A DNA stretch of 64,000 nucleotides from a bacterium (GCA_016931965.1 JAFGDT010000007.1:1063-65062); one strand, 5' to 3'; counted from the stretch's first letter, positions 1-9,244 are shown. Notes: generated by a model from the letters alone, not told the origin. Translations and numbers: made by a program.

Positions 1-116
1 TCCTCTAAATAGACTTCCGGCATTTTTTTAAACGGAATTTTTGCTTTAACAAGACTGCTTTTTGCCCTCTTTATCCATTCCCTCGGATCGTCCGGCGGAA
101 AGCGTTCACTGACCAT
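1..116 (-). CDS. HEPN-domain protein, N-terminal part only (runs off the window edge)
   Basis: Manual translation from ATG at 116: MVSERFPPDDPREWIKRAKSSLVKAK...PEVYLE, a typical HEPN N-terminus; overlaps the stop of the adjacent MNT gene; absent from the ORF track. Confidence 0.75.
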   Translation of the reverse strand, partial: MVSERFPPDDPREWIKRAKSSLVKAKIPFKKMPEVYLE

Positions 117-423
117 AAACCACCTTTCCTTCCCTGAGAGCCGGCTCAATGACCAGAGCAAAAGAATCCTTATACCGTTCAATATCCTCAGGAGTCACAA
201 CCACAACATCTACAGCTTGCCCTACGCCATAAAGATTCATATAAATGGCTTGTGCCAAACACCTTCGATGTGCTCCTGATTTGACGACAAGCAAATCCAA
301 ATCGCTGTTGGGTCCCATTTCTTTAATTCCTGCAGAACCAAAGAGGATGATTTTCTCAGGTTGGGCTACTTCAACAATACGTCGAATAATTTCATCTAAT
401 ATTTTCTGCTTGATGCCTGCCAT
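106..423 (-). CDS. Minimal nucleotidyltransferase (MNT) antitoxin
   Basis: 105 aa; LFGS...DLDLLVV motif; coupled to the downstream HEPN gene. Confidence 0.85.
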   Translation of the reverse strand: MAGIKQKILDEIIRRIVEVAQPEKIILFGSAGIKEMGPNSDLDLLVVKSGAHRRCLAQAIYMNLYGVGQAVDVVVVTPEDIERYKDSFALVIEPALREGKVVYGQ

Positions 424-450
424 TGTTTACATTCCACCACGATATTAAAA

Positions 451-512
451 AGTGCCTAAAATAAATCAAAATATAAAATGTAAATATCAAAACCACAATC
501 CAAAATGCAAAA
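451..512. repeat. AGTGCCTAAA motif plus 50-nt 7-periodic A-rich arm
   Basis: aaatcaaaatataaaatgtaaatatcaaaaccacaatccaaaatgcaaaa (463-512) resembles arms at 4455, 10578 and 13130. Confidence 0.85.
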
Positions 513-600
513 TCATCTCTTCTCTCTAAGTCGTCAAAATGCTCGATGCAAAAATATTTCCAATCTCTTCTCATTCTTTTAAAAACCGACCAACTTCATT
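513..600 (-). pseudogene. 3' remnant of a four-helix-bundle gene
   Basis: Reads EVGRFLKE*EEIGNIFASSILT, then after a +1 shift LREKR*, versus EVDWFLKELEEIGNIFASSILTLKGKR* in 13180-13551; its stop abuts the arm as in the intact copy. Confidence 0.85.
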
Positions 601-659
601 TTATGGATTATCCGAAATCCTTCCCCTCACACCCGGCGGCCCCGGAATATGCTTGAAAT

Positions 660-1010
660 TTAAATCCACTTCACATCCTTTATCAAATTCCGACAGATCT
701 TACCCTCATCGCAAAGTTTTTGCCATTCTGCAGATGTATAGACAAGCAAATCGGCCGGTACGGCCAGGATTGTCGTATCCCATTTACTTGCTCGTCTGAT
801 AAAGGGCCGATCAGATTGGTTAACGATGATAATGACATCTATGTCGCTTCCCACACCCCAGTTCCCTTTGGCATATGATCCAAAGTAACCAATACGCAGT
901 ACATTCTTATTGCTTTTCTTGATCCGCCTGGCCCAATTCTCGAGATCCTTTATCACTGTCTGCGCATCAGGCCATTTGATTACGGACGAACTCAATGATC
1001 TCACGGGCAT
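660..1010 (-). CDS. MNT antitoxin
   Basis: Likely start MPVRSLSSSV at 1010 (track start 1115); FGSYAKGNWGVGSDIDVIII motif. Confidence 0.85.
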   Translation of the reverse strand: MPVRSLSSSVIKWPDAQTVIKDLENWARRIKKSNKNVLRIGYFGSYAKGNWGVGSDIDVIIIVNQSDRPFIRRASKWDTTILAVPADLLVYTSAEWQKLCDEGKICRNLIKDVKWI

Positions 1011-1362
1011 AACGTATCGTCTCCTCGCTCTGCAGAGAACCATAGTGTTCGAAAGGAGCTCCTTCCGGATGGCTGTTGGGATAACGCGGGGGTATGTAAT
1101 AGGTGTCCAGAACACGGGCTTTATCGATCATATCCTCTGGAACGTCTACATTGTCGGGGAGCTCGCTAAAAAGTTTAGAGATAACATGACCCCATGCTTC
1201 CTGCCCCAAATAGAGGTGAAGCGCTTTCACAGCCTTTTCAGCGGCTTGCTGCGCTGCAAAACATGCCCACTCATGATACCCCGCTTGCCTGGATTCTTCT
1301 GCTTGCTGCACGTCCCTTTTTGCTTGACTAAACCAGTCAGCAGAACGATTGGACATTGTCAT
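967..1362 (-). CDS. HEPN-domain protein (COG2250-like)
   Basis: WACFAAQQAAEKAVKAL...WGH...YIPPRYPN signature; overlaps the MNT gene. Confidence 0.9.
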   Translation of the reverse strand: MTMSNRSADWFSQAKRDVQQAEESRQAGYHEWACFAAQQAAEKAVKALHLYLGQEAWGHVISKLFSELPDNVDVPEDMIDKARVLDTYYIPPRYPNSHPEGAPFEHYGSLQSEETIRYAREIIEFVRNQMA

Positions 1363-1530
1363 TTACCTTTCTAAAATATTATGGAATGGTTGGAATTGAT
1401 AAGATAAAATTGTTTTTATATCCAACTTTTTTGATGAATCTAAAATTTCTATCCCAACAATTTTACCTGAATCTGTAAAATCTAAATGAACTCCCTCTGC
1501 CACTTCAACAACGCCATCTGGTTTTTCTTC
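1363..1530 (-). pseudogene. 5'-truncated DUF2283-like (antitoxin-associated) gene
   Basis: Manual translation EEKPDGVVEVAEGVHLDFTDSGKIVGIEILDSSKKLDIKTIL...*; no start; its TAA abuts the HEPN ATG. Confidence 0.7.
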
Positions 1531-1585
1531 CCCTGAGCGTTAAAATACCCGATACGAAAATATTTCCAATCTCTTCCAATATTCC
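1522..1585 (-). pseudogene. Second 3' remnant of a four-helix-bundle gene
   Basis: LEEIGNIFVSGILTLRGRK versus LEEIGNIFASSILTLKGKR. Confidence 0.75.
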
Positions 1586-1597
1586 ACGGAATGAAGA

Positions 1598-1695
1598 TTT
1601 TGACATTTGTCATTTTATCCCATTGGGATTTGGGATTTTACTTTTACCTTTTGCTTTTTGCCTTTTTACTTTTGCCTTTTTACTTTCGCTTTTTC
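1598..1695. repeat. T-rich arm plus TTTTGCC/TTTTAC-type tandem units
   Basis: The first ~41 nt recur with 1 mismatch at 3654-3694. Confidence 0.85.
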
Positions 1696-1757
1696 CCCGA
1701 ACCTTTCCACTCGATCCTTCATTCGAGAATCACTATCCGGATTGTTCATCTTCCTGT

Positions 1758-2375
1758 TCAAAACCGGCTCAACGCCACATCTGTCAGAAACGACCGGATT
1801 TCTTCCCCATCAGGGGACTCTGCCGCCATATCCACTTCTTCAGAATAATCGATATCATCGAAATAGGCCAATTGTTCACGGAACAATTTATCATTAAAGA
1901 CAGTCCCAAACAATTGATGAGCCCTTATTTCAATTTCCCCTAAAGAAAAATGATCCCGCAGCAGAAAATAGAGATCCACATAATCTTTCCATTTGCCCCG
2001 GCCTCCTAACGCTTGGGCTTTCATGGCACCGAGATCCAGCAGGACAGGCATGGAAATCACTCCTTCAAAATCAATTGGTGCAGGGATTTGAAATGGATAG
2101 GCGAAAAAAGTCAGTTTCACACCAAGCAACAGGCAATGCATTTGATCAAATGCCTCATAGAGTACATCCTCAATTTGAAAACCGCTTCTTTTTATTGTAT
2201 TTTGAATCTGCATTCTGTGGATCTCATTGTGGGTAAACAAATCAAAATCAATGGACCGCCGGTGTCCGATGTGCAGGGCGACGGCTGTTCCGCCTGCTAA
2301 ATAATATTGATCTGAAAAGTGGTGAAGAAGCGGCAGGAGCGCTTTTTGATTATCTGTCAGTATTTCAGGATGCAT
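1758..2375 (-). CDS. AbiEii-like nucleotidyltransferase (type IV TA toxin)
   Basis: Likely start MHPEIL at 2375; YYLAGGTAVALHIGHRRSIDFDLF and KWKDYVDLYF motifs. Confidence 0.85.
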   Translation of the reverse strand: MHPEILTDNQKALLPLLHHFSDQYYLAGGTAVALHIGHRRSIDFDLFTHNEIHRMQIQNTIKRSGFQIEDVLYEAFDQMHCLLLGVKLTFFAYPFQIPAPIDFEGVISMPVLLDLGAMKAQALGGRGKWKDYVDLYFLLRDHFSLGEIEIRAHQLFGTVFNDKLFREQLAYFDDIDYSEEVDMAAESPDGEEIRSFLTDVALSRF

Positions 2376-2637
2376 GTCTTTCAAAGTACTGCCGAAAGAA
2401 ATGGACGGTTCTTGGATGATAGTTGACACGCCTTCCGCCTATCTGTCGATTAAAAATTTCAGAAATTCTTTTCATGGATGCAATTTCGAACAATTCACGG
2501 ATATCCGAAATGTGTCCGTATTTCAGGATGGTTTCCACAACCGCACTGAGACTCAGGTTCTCTTTTGCCCCTTCACGGATATCCCAGAACAGATGGCTGT
2601 GCTGACGGATGTAGACTTTTAATGCTTCGGAATCCAT
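2365..2637 (-). CDS. DUF6922-like small partner (putative antitoxin) of the AbiEii protein
   Basis: 90 aa; LFWD...VVETILKYG motif; overlaps the AbiEii start. Confidence 0.7.
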   Translation of the reverse strand: MDSEALKVYIRQHSHLFWDIREGAKENLSLSAVVETILKYGHISDIRELFEIASMKRISEIFNRQIGGRRVNYHPRTVHFFRQYFERHAS

Positions 2638-2765
2638 GACAATAAAAATAAGTTCCTAAATTGCCTGAAGTCATAAAAAATCAAAATGTACCACTCTTGT
2701 CCAAAATAGGAAATAATTGAATTGATTATTTTTTTTAGCTTTTATTCATCTTCCAGGTTACAAGG

Positions 2766-2846
2766 GGATTCCGGCTCAAAACACGACCGGAATGACAGAG
2801 GGAGGGATGTCATTCCCGAAATTTTTAATCGGGAATCCAGGGGCGG
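2766..2846. repeat. REP-like double hairpin, GTCATTCC(C)...GGAATCC family
   Basis: Two head-to-head stem-loops; an inverted homolog lies at 16741-16820. Confidence 0.85.
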
Positions 2847-2970
2847 TGCTTTGATAACCTGATATTTAAATATAAAGAAAAACCAGTGTAACCCGCTTGT
2901 TCTCAATATATCCATTTCCTGTTTTGGACAGCAATGAAAATGTATAAATCAAAATGACAATATTAAAAAA

Positions 2971-2988
2971 TGCCTTAAGTGCCTAAAG
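2971..2988. repeat. TGCCTTAAG-TGCCTAAAG 9-mer tandem, left arm of an inverted repeat around the 4HB gene
   Basis: Complementary tract tttaggcactctaggcact at 3443-3461. Confidence 0.75.
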
Positions 2989-3050
2989 TTATACATTCTC
3001 TCATTGTTTTATACATTTTTAGAATTTTAATAAATTTGAATGAATCACAT

Positions 3051-3437
3051 TCAATGATTTGTTTTGCACGTTTTAAATATTTGAGAAAACAAGGCCAGCA
3101 ATTCGCCCGATTCTTCATATAGCTTTTTCATCTGTTCAACAGGTATCAATTCTGATTCCATAATAAGCTCTATCCAGTATTGAGTCTCAGCTGCTTCTTT
3201 TGTACAAATTGAAATTTTATTCTTAAAATCAGCTTGGCTGACAGATCTGTTGGCCTCACGGTAGTTGGCTCCTATCGATGTACCGGCTTTTATTAACCGA
3301 TAACAAATCACCTTTCCAGCGGCATTTGTTTTTAGTTTGAAGGATAAATTGATTATGTTAATCGCAAACCTTTTTGTTCTTTTCTCTAACTCTATAGCAA
3401 ATTCTTTATTGGTCAATTTTTCTTTTTTACAATTCAT
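3051..3437 (-). CDS. Four-helix-bundle protein (23S rRNA IVP / TIGR02436-like)
   Basis: LEKRTKRFAI...GTSIGANYREA...DFKNKISICTKEAAETQYWIEL signature. Confidence 0.9.
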   Translation of the reverse strand: MNCKKEKLTNKEFAIELEKRTKRFAINIINLSFKLKTNAAGKVICYRLIKAGTSIGANYREANRSVSQADFKNKISICTKEAAETQYWIELIMESELIPVEQMKKLYEESGELLALFSQIFKTCKTNH

Positions 3438-3464
3438 CTCATTTTAGGCACTCTAGGCACTTTT

Positions 3465-3567
3465 ACCCTGTGTAATAACATATTTTCTTGATGAATGAGA
3501 TAATAAACATAACTTTTTATAATTAGAAGTCTTATACACATCGTGAGGATTCACTATTACACAGGGT
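3465..3567. mobile_element. Small MITE-like element with 13-bp perfect terminal inverted repeats
   Basis: accctgtgtaata (3465-3477) / tattacacagggt (3555-3567); nested in a TAGGCACT tract; related to 10368-10433. Confidence 0.55.
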
Positions 3568-3653
3568 TAACTTTAGGCACTCTCAGTCTCGGGCGTAATT
3601 TTGGATAGGGACATTCCTCCCGTATTGTCGGTATTGGGGAATTGAATTAAATC

Positions 3654-3694
3654 TTTTGACATTTGTCATTTTACCCCATTGGGATTTGGGATTT
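3654..3694. repeat. 41-nt direct repeat of 1598-1639
   Basis: ttttgacatttgtcattttaYcccattgggatttgggattt. Confidence 0.9.
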
Positions 3695-3719
3695 GTTTCT
3701 GTACTTGCTATTCTTTATT

Positions 3720-4070
3720 TTAATGTTCGGTTTTTACACGATTTTGAACAAACTGCCTGTACACTGCCGCATCCATCAGGTATGCGGCCATCATCACCTG
3801 TTCAATATTCCCATAAGGATGGTTATTGACGATCAAAGATCCGATCGATTCGCGCAGTCTCAACAGCTCACCCCGCTTGGCCCGCCATTTTGGATCTGCA
3901 ATGATGTAATCCAGAAGAATCAACGCCCGGTAGAGATGATTTTTCGCACTTCCAGGATTCCCCTCCTGCAAACATTTTGCTTTGTTCAAATCACTGACCA
4001 TATGGCCGATCTGGTCATCAGCAGAGAATGATGCATAACGGTCCTTCAAATTTTTATACCAGTTTTTCAT
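3720..4070 (-). CDS. Hypothetical helical protein, partner of the DUF5674-like gene
   Basis: Likely start MKNWYKNL at 4070; overlaps the upstream gene by 17 nt. Confidence 0.65.
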   Translation of the reverse strand: MKNWYKNLKDRYASFSADDQIGHMVSDLNKAKCLQEGNPGSAKNHLYRALILLDYIIADPKWRAKRGELLRLRESIGSLIVNNHPYGNIEQVMMAAYLMDAAVYRQFVQNRVKTEH

Positions 4071-4431
4071 CTGCCCCCAGTAAAAGTGACTCAATGATCC
4101 GTCTGACTTTTTCCTTTGCCTTTTCATCCAGTATTTCCATTGACGGATTATCCTGATGAGGACGAATATTGATCAACGCCGTATATTCGATGCGTTTATC
4201 CGGTTCGTGCCACGGGTAAAAGTTGATTCCCCAGAGCGCCTCCGGCCCTGATCCTTCTTGAAGCAGAAGCAGTTCAGCATCTGCATGGAGATCCCCGCCA
4301 ATACCGGCACATTCCTTTTCAATATCGACAACCACTTTAACCATGTCACCAAACCATGTTTCGCAAAGTGACTTTAACCGAGCTTTCGATATTTTCTGGT
4401 TCATTACCAGAATGCTTTCAGAACCCAACAT
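4054..4431 (-). CDS. DUF5674-like protein
   Basis: DMVKVVVDIE...GGDLHADAE...LWGINFYP...IEYTALINIRP motifs. Confidence 0.75.
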   Translation of the reverse strand: MLGSESILVMNQKISKARLKSLCETWFGDMVKVVVDIEKECAGIGGDLHADAELLLLQEGSGPEALWGINFYPWHEPDKRIEYTALINIRPHQDNPSMEILDEKAKEKVRRIIESLLLGADEKLV

Positions 4432-4454
4432 GAAATACCATTATATTATTCATC

Positions 4455-4660
4455 AAATCAAAAATTAAAATGCAAAAATTAAAATGACAATCCAAAATGC
4501 AAAATTATTTCTCAAAAGATACAAAATCAAAATGCCAAATAAAATCCTGCATTTCCGCTCATCCCTCGTCTCCGCTCGGGATGACATTTTTTCTTTTTGT
4601 CTTTTCCTTTTTGCCTTTTTCCTTTAATCTTGATTCTTGTATCTTCTTTAATATCTTATT
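4455..4660. repeat. Cassette spacer: A-arm, REP-B hairpin, T-rich tract
   Basis: A-arm 4455-4505; tcatccc...gggatga hairpin 4559-4584; 4494-4625 repeats directly at 5210-5341. Confidence 0.9.
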
Positions 4661-4663
4661 TTA

Positions 4664-4888
4664 TTATTTCTTCAAGAAATCATCCAATTCAACTCCTGCT
4701 TCTTTCAATATCGCCCTTAAAGTCCCTTCAGGTAAATCTCCAGGATGATTGGGAATTGTTGTATATCGATTGGTAGAAGCATTATACCAGATCTCATGGC
4801 TACCCGCTGCATGCCGATGAAACTCAAAACCAAATCGTTTAAGTTTTTTCACTATTTCCCGATATTTGAACCCCGCCAATCTGCCCAA
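4664..4888 (-). CDS. hicA: HicA family toxin (mRNA interferase)
   Basis: 74 aa; GF...GSHEIWYN...TTIPNHPGDLPEGTLRAILK signature. Confidence 0.9.
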   Translation of the reverse strand: MGRLAGFKYREIVKKLKRFGFEFHRHAAGSHEIWYNASTNRYTTIPNHPGDLPEGTLRAILKEAGVELDDFLKK

Positions 4889-5125
4889 TTAAACACCAAC
4901 TACCAGTGGATATTCAAATGAATCTTCGGTGACAATCAAGTTTGATATATTCTCTTCTTTGGCCTCTATCAATTTTTTTACAACATCACGTGCAATTTCC
5001 AGTGTTTCTTCAATCGTACGTCCCTGGGCTACCAAACCTTGGATATCCTTGGATGTTGCCAGATAATATCCTTCAGGAAGCTTTTGAATATTGATTTTTA
5101 CGATACGTTCCAAATTGGCCTCCAT
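4889..5125 (-). CDS. hicB: HicB family antitoxin (short form)
   Basis: 78 aa; YLAT...GLVAQGRTIEETLEIARD motif. Confidence 0.85.
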   Translation of the reverse strand: MEANLERIVKINIQKLPEGYYLATSKDIQGLVAQGRTIEETLEIARDVVKKLIEAKEENISNLIVTEDSFEYPLVVGV

Positions 5126-5186
5126 GGAAACCGAACAAAATGTACAAAGTTAAATAAAATTAAAAACCAAAATCATAATTGAAAAA

Positions 5187-5430
5187 AGTGCCTAAAGTCA
5201 TACAAAATCAAAATGCAAAATCATTTCTCAACAAATACAAAATCCAAATGTCAAATAAAATCCTGCATTTCCGCTCATCCCTCGTCTCCGCTCGGCATGA
5301 CATTTTTTCTTTTTGTCTTTTGCCTTTTGCCTTTTTCCTTTCTCTTCACTCTTGCTTCTTGCTTCTTTATCCTTGATTCTTTTTCCTTTTTACTTTTTCC
5401 TTTTGCCTTTTTACTTTTACCTTTATCTTG
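5187..5430. repeat. Cassette spacer, second copy of the ~130-nt direct repeat
   Basis: AGTGCCTAAAG at 5187; 5210-5341 differs from 4494-4625 at fewer than ~10 positions; long pyrimidine tract follows. Confidence 0.9.
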
Positions 5431-5446
5431 ATACTTGCCTCTGTAT

Positions 5447-5782
5447 TCACATCTCTCTACCCGAAATCATCTCACAATACCACTGAGGGCAGGTTGATTG
5501 AAGTTTTTCAAATTCCTGTACCGTGTAAGGGAATACATCAATACCGACTGGGAAACCGGCCGGCAGATAATCGGGGATGCGTTCCCGGAAGGGTTTATCG
5601 GAGTCGCGGAGTATCAGACACAAATCGACATCACTCCCCGGCCGGGGAATCCCTTTTATCCAGGAACCAAACCAGATCATCCTTACAATCTCATGACAAT
5701 GATTCCGAAGATAGCCGATATGGTCTTTCACGGCCTGTTCCACCCGCTTCCGATCAATCGATTTGATGATGACAGAATTCAA
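5447..5782 (-). CDS. MNT antitoxin
   Basis: WFGSWIKGIPRPGSDVDLCLIL motif. Confidence 0.85.
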   Translation of the reverse strand: MNSVIIKSIDRKRVEQAVKDHIGYLRNHCHEIVRMIWFGSWIKGIPRPGSDVDLCLILRDSDKPFRERIPDYLPAGFPVGIDVFPYTVQEFEKLQSTCPQWYCEMISGREM

Positions 5783-6143
5783 GAATATCCTCCGCTATGC
5801 GTATGGCATTCTGAGATTCTTCACGAGTATAAAAATCGGTCGGTGCACCCGAATCAAATCCATTGGGATAGCGGCTGGGAATATAATGTTTATCCAGGAT
5901 CCTGGCCCCCCGAATGATGGAATCGGGAACTTCTGTTACCGATTGCAGATTGCCCACAAGAACGGTCAATGTATGCCCCCACGCCTCCATGCTTCTCTTC
6001 TGAAAAACAGCTTTGATCGCTTTTTCCGCTGCTTGTTGAGCCGCAAAACAGCTCCAATCATAATCGCCGTCCTTGAGCGCATGACGGGCATGATTAAGAT
6101 CGGCCTCCGCCTGCCTGTACCAATCTAAATAGCGGTTCGCCAT
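5754..6143 (-). CDS. HEPN-domain protein (COG2250-like)
   Basis: WSCFAAQQAAEKAIKA...WGH...HYIPSRYPN; paralog of 967-1362. Confidence 0.9.
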   Translation of the reverse strand: MANRYLDWYRQAEADLNHARHALKDGDYDWSCFAAQQAAEKAIKAVFQKRSMEAWGHTLTVLVGNLQSVTEVPDSIIRGARILDKHYIPSRYPNGFDSGAPTDFYTREESQNAIRIAEDILEFCHHQID

Positions 6144-6198
6144 AAAACACTCTTCCGAGAATGAAAAATTTTCTTCAAATCGATGCCCTTGTTGTTGA

Positions 6199-6410
6199 AT
6201 TAAAAATTAAAATGGAAAAACACTTCCTTTTGAATTTTGATCCTTCGCCTGCTCCTTCACTCCGTTCAGGACTTCGGCTCAGGACTGATCTGTCATTTTG
6301 CATTTTGATTTTTAATTCTAAAAATATTATTTATTTTGGATTTGGGATTTACCTTTTACCTTTTGCCTTTTTACTTTTTCCTTCTGCCTTTTATTTTTTC
6401 ACTTTTCTAT
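6199..6410. repeat. Cassette spacer: inverted arms 6199-6214 / 6301-6316 enclosing a REP-like fragment, then a T-rich tract
   Basis: attaaaaattaaaatg versus cattttgatttttaat (1 mismatch). Confidence 0.7.
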
Positions 6411-6487
6411 CCCACAGTACAATAACGATAAAACCTGTACATCAAGTACACGGACTGAGATGCTGAACACATTGAAATTATCCCCCC

Positions 6488-6556
6488 GATAATTTCTTCT
6501 ATTGTAATTAAATCATCTCGTGCTGATTTCAACCACTCAGCTGTTATCTGCTTCAT
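6488..6556 (-). pseudogene. Truncated HEPN gene (about 23 codons of recognisable N-terminus)
   Basis: MKQITAEWLKSARDDLITIEEII overlaps the MNT end; HEPN resemblance then ends. Confidence 0.65.
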
Positions 6557-6881
6557 AGATCAATTTCCCATTTTGCATTATTTCTCGCGAAAACATACTA
6601 TTCAGTTGAATGAATTTCTCATGCATCGGCAGAGTATGTACAATAATATCCATCGGGAAATCTTTCCGTACCGAATCCAACAATCTGGAAAACCGCATTT
6701 TGACATCCATTTTTTCTTTAAAGCTACGGGGGAGAAACCGATCATTCGTCACAATATAAAGGTCAATGTCGCTATCAGCATGACACTTATCGGAAGTATA
6801 CGATCCAAATAGAATGACTTTTTGGGGATTCTCCTTTTTAATCTTTTCAATTATTTTTTTCTGAATATGTTCTGATAGCAT
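6537..6881 (-). CDS. MNT antitoxin (partner truncated)
   Basis: ILFGSY...DSDIDLYIV motif. Confidence 0.85.
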   Translation of the reverse strand: MLSEHIQKKIIEKIKKENPQKVILFGSYTSDKCHADSDIDLYIVTNDRFLPRSFKEKMDVKMRFSRLLDSVRKDFPMDIIVHTLPMHEKFIQLNSMFSREIMQNGKLIYEADNS

Positions 6882-6900
6882 AAATAGAACTTTAATAGAT

Positions 6901-7035
6901 AAATCAAAAATTAAAATGCGAAAATATTATCCAACAAATCCAAAAATAATTTTAACATACCATTTTTGACACTTGGATTTTGGGCTTTATTTTTCATTTG
7001 GATTTTGACATTTGACATTTTTGCCTTTTTACTTG
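6901..7035. repeat. Cassette spacer: A-arm then T-arm
   Basis: 6901-6918 is identical to 13130-13147; T-rich heptamer tract at 6961-7035. Confidence 0.8.
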
Positions 7036-7039
7036 AATT

Positions 7040-7355
7040 AAATCCTCGCCTCAAAGCCGAATGCTTCTCTCGCCCGGCGCACATCGAGCATCCGCCTCGG
7101 CGGCATCTTCCACATAGATGTATTCTCGTGTCACCTCACCCGTTCCCCAGACAACAATTTAATCTTTATTTTCACTAACCGCATACACACATTTCTTGAT
7201 CAGCACCTGAATCACGTGTTGGGAACAGGCGTATATTTGGGATAGGCACAAATCGTCCCGATGCAGACAAACTTCTGGATTCCGAACTGTCGCGCCTGTT
7301 CGATGAGCTCAATGCCCATAATCGCATTGTTATAGAAAAATGTACCGCCATTCTC
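7040..7355 (-). pseudogene. fcl: Internally deleted remnant of a second GDP-L-fucose synthase gene
   Basis: Three collinear blocks matching 8267-9208 (FFYNNAIMG...[10 protein letters not shown] / [26 protein letters not shown] / PRRMLDV...FGF); in-frame stop. Confidence 0.9.
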
Positions 7356-7442
7356 GTGGCTGATTCCAATACTCCACTTTCTCTGTAAAATAAACCCCGA
7401 TACTTCATTATTACCCCCCCTGCGTATGCTCCGCTCCTTATA

Positions 7443-7895
7443 TCATTTCCTTCTTTCTCTTTGTTGCATCCTCCTTAAAAATTCGCCGATTTGCTCGCCA
7501 AAGACCTTGCTGACTCGGCCAAATTTACCCACCAATCGATCAAGCCGTTCTCCTTTCAATTCAAACCCATAAATATTCCTGAATACATGTCGAAATGAAA
7601 GATAATCATCAAGTTCAGCAGCCAGCTCCTCTGAAACTACCTGCGGTCGGATGCCTTTTATCTCAATAGTCATACGATATAAGAGTTCTTTGTTCCAGGT
7701 TTCGCTTTGCACAAATCCACCGTTAATATCTGCGGTTATTCTTCTAAAAATCCTCTCGCAGCAATTGTAAAAGTCATGAAGAATTGAACCTTGCGCTCTG
7801 CGATTGTTTACTTTGTCCCTCTTCTTTATCACTTCTTCAAGTTCTTCTCTTAATCTGGCTATGTTCTCCAGCTCTTTATGGACCTCAGCAACCAT
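7443..7895 (-). CDS. HepT-like HEPN ribonuclease toxin
   Basis: LHDFYNCCERIF...FRHVFRNIYGFEL motif. Confidence 0.8.
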   Translation of the reverse strand: MVAEVHKELENIARLREELEEVIKKRDKVNNRRAQGSILHDFYNCCERIFRRITADINGGFVQSETWNKELLYRMTIEIKGIRPQVVSEELAAELDDYLSFRHVFRNIYGFELKGERLDRLVGKFGRVSKVFGEQIGEFLRRMQQRERRK

Positions 7896-7911
7896 TTATT
7901 CCCAGAAAATC

Positions 7912-8262
7912 TCATTCTTTCTCATAGATAATCCACCCCTCCCTTATTATCTTTTCTTTAGATGAACCCTCTAACCCTTCAAAGGGCTTGAGATCAACAG
8001 AAAAGTTGGAATTTTTTAGCAAACAAGCATAAGCTTTGTAGAACATGGCATCTTCTAAACCTTCGATTGCCAAATCAATATCTGACCATGCCGATAATGA
8101 CTTCCCATTGGTAACGGAACCGAAAAGATAGACCCTTTTGAATTCAAACCCTTCGGCATTCAAAAGCTGAACCAGCCACTGAGCTTCGTTTTTTAAATCT
8201 GTTCTTAACATATGGCATACAACTTTTCGTCGTTCTTTGACTTTTTCTAAATAAGTTTTCAT
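7912..8262 (-). CDS. MNT antitoxin
   Basis: Likely start MKTYLEK at 8262, 4 nt after the fcl stop; LFGSV...SDIDLAIEGL. Confidence 0.85.
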   Translation of the reverse strand: MKTYLEKVKERRKVVCHMLRTDLKNEAQWLVQLLNAEGFEFKRVYLFGSVTNGKSLSAWSDIDLAIEGLEDAMFYKAYACLLKNSNFSVDLKPFEGLEGSSKEKIIREGWIIYEKE

Positions 8263-8266
8263 CTGA

Positions 8267-9244
<978 letters not shown>

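Noticed and set aside
1591-1943. Hydrophobic + strand ORFs (also 3663-4031, 6161-6466, 6966-7178)
   Set aside because: They arise from T-rich repeat tracts or are antisense shadows of real genes.
4497-5431. Paralogous ORFs 4497-4748 and 5213-5431 on the + strand
   Set aside because: They are translations of the duplicated spacer; Phe/Leu-rich low complexity, antisense to the operon.
441-7035. CRISPR array
   Set aside because: Repeats are degenerate, irregularly spaced and separated by whole genes; no cas genes.
7175-7408. 77-aa ORF
   Set aside because: Off-frame reading of the fcl remnant.
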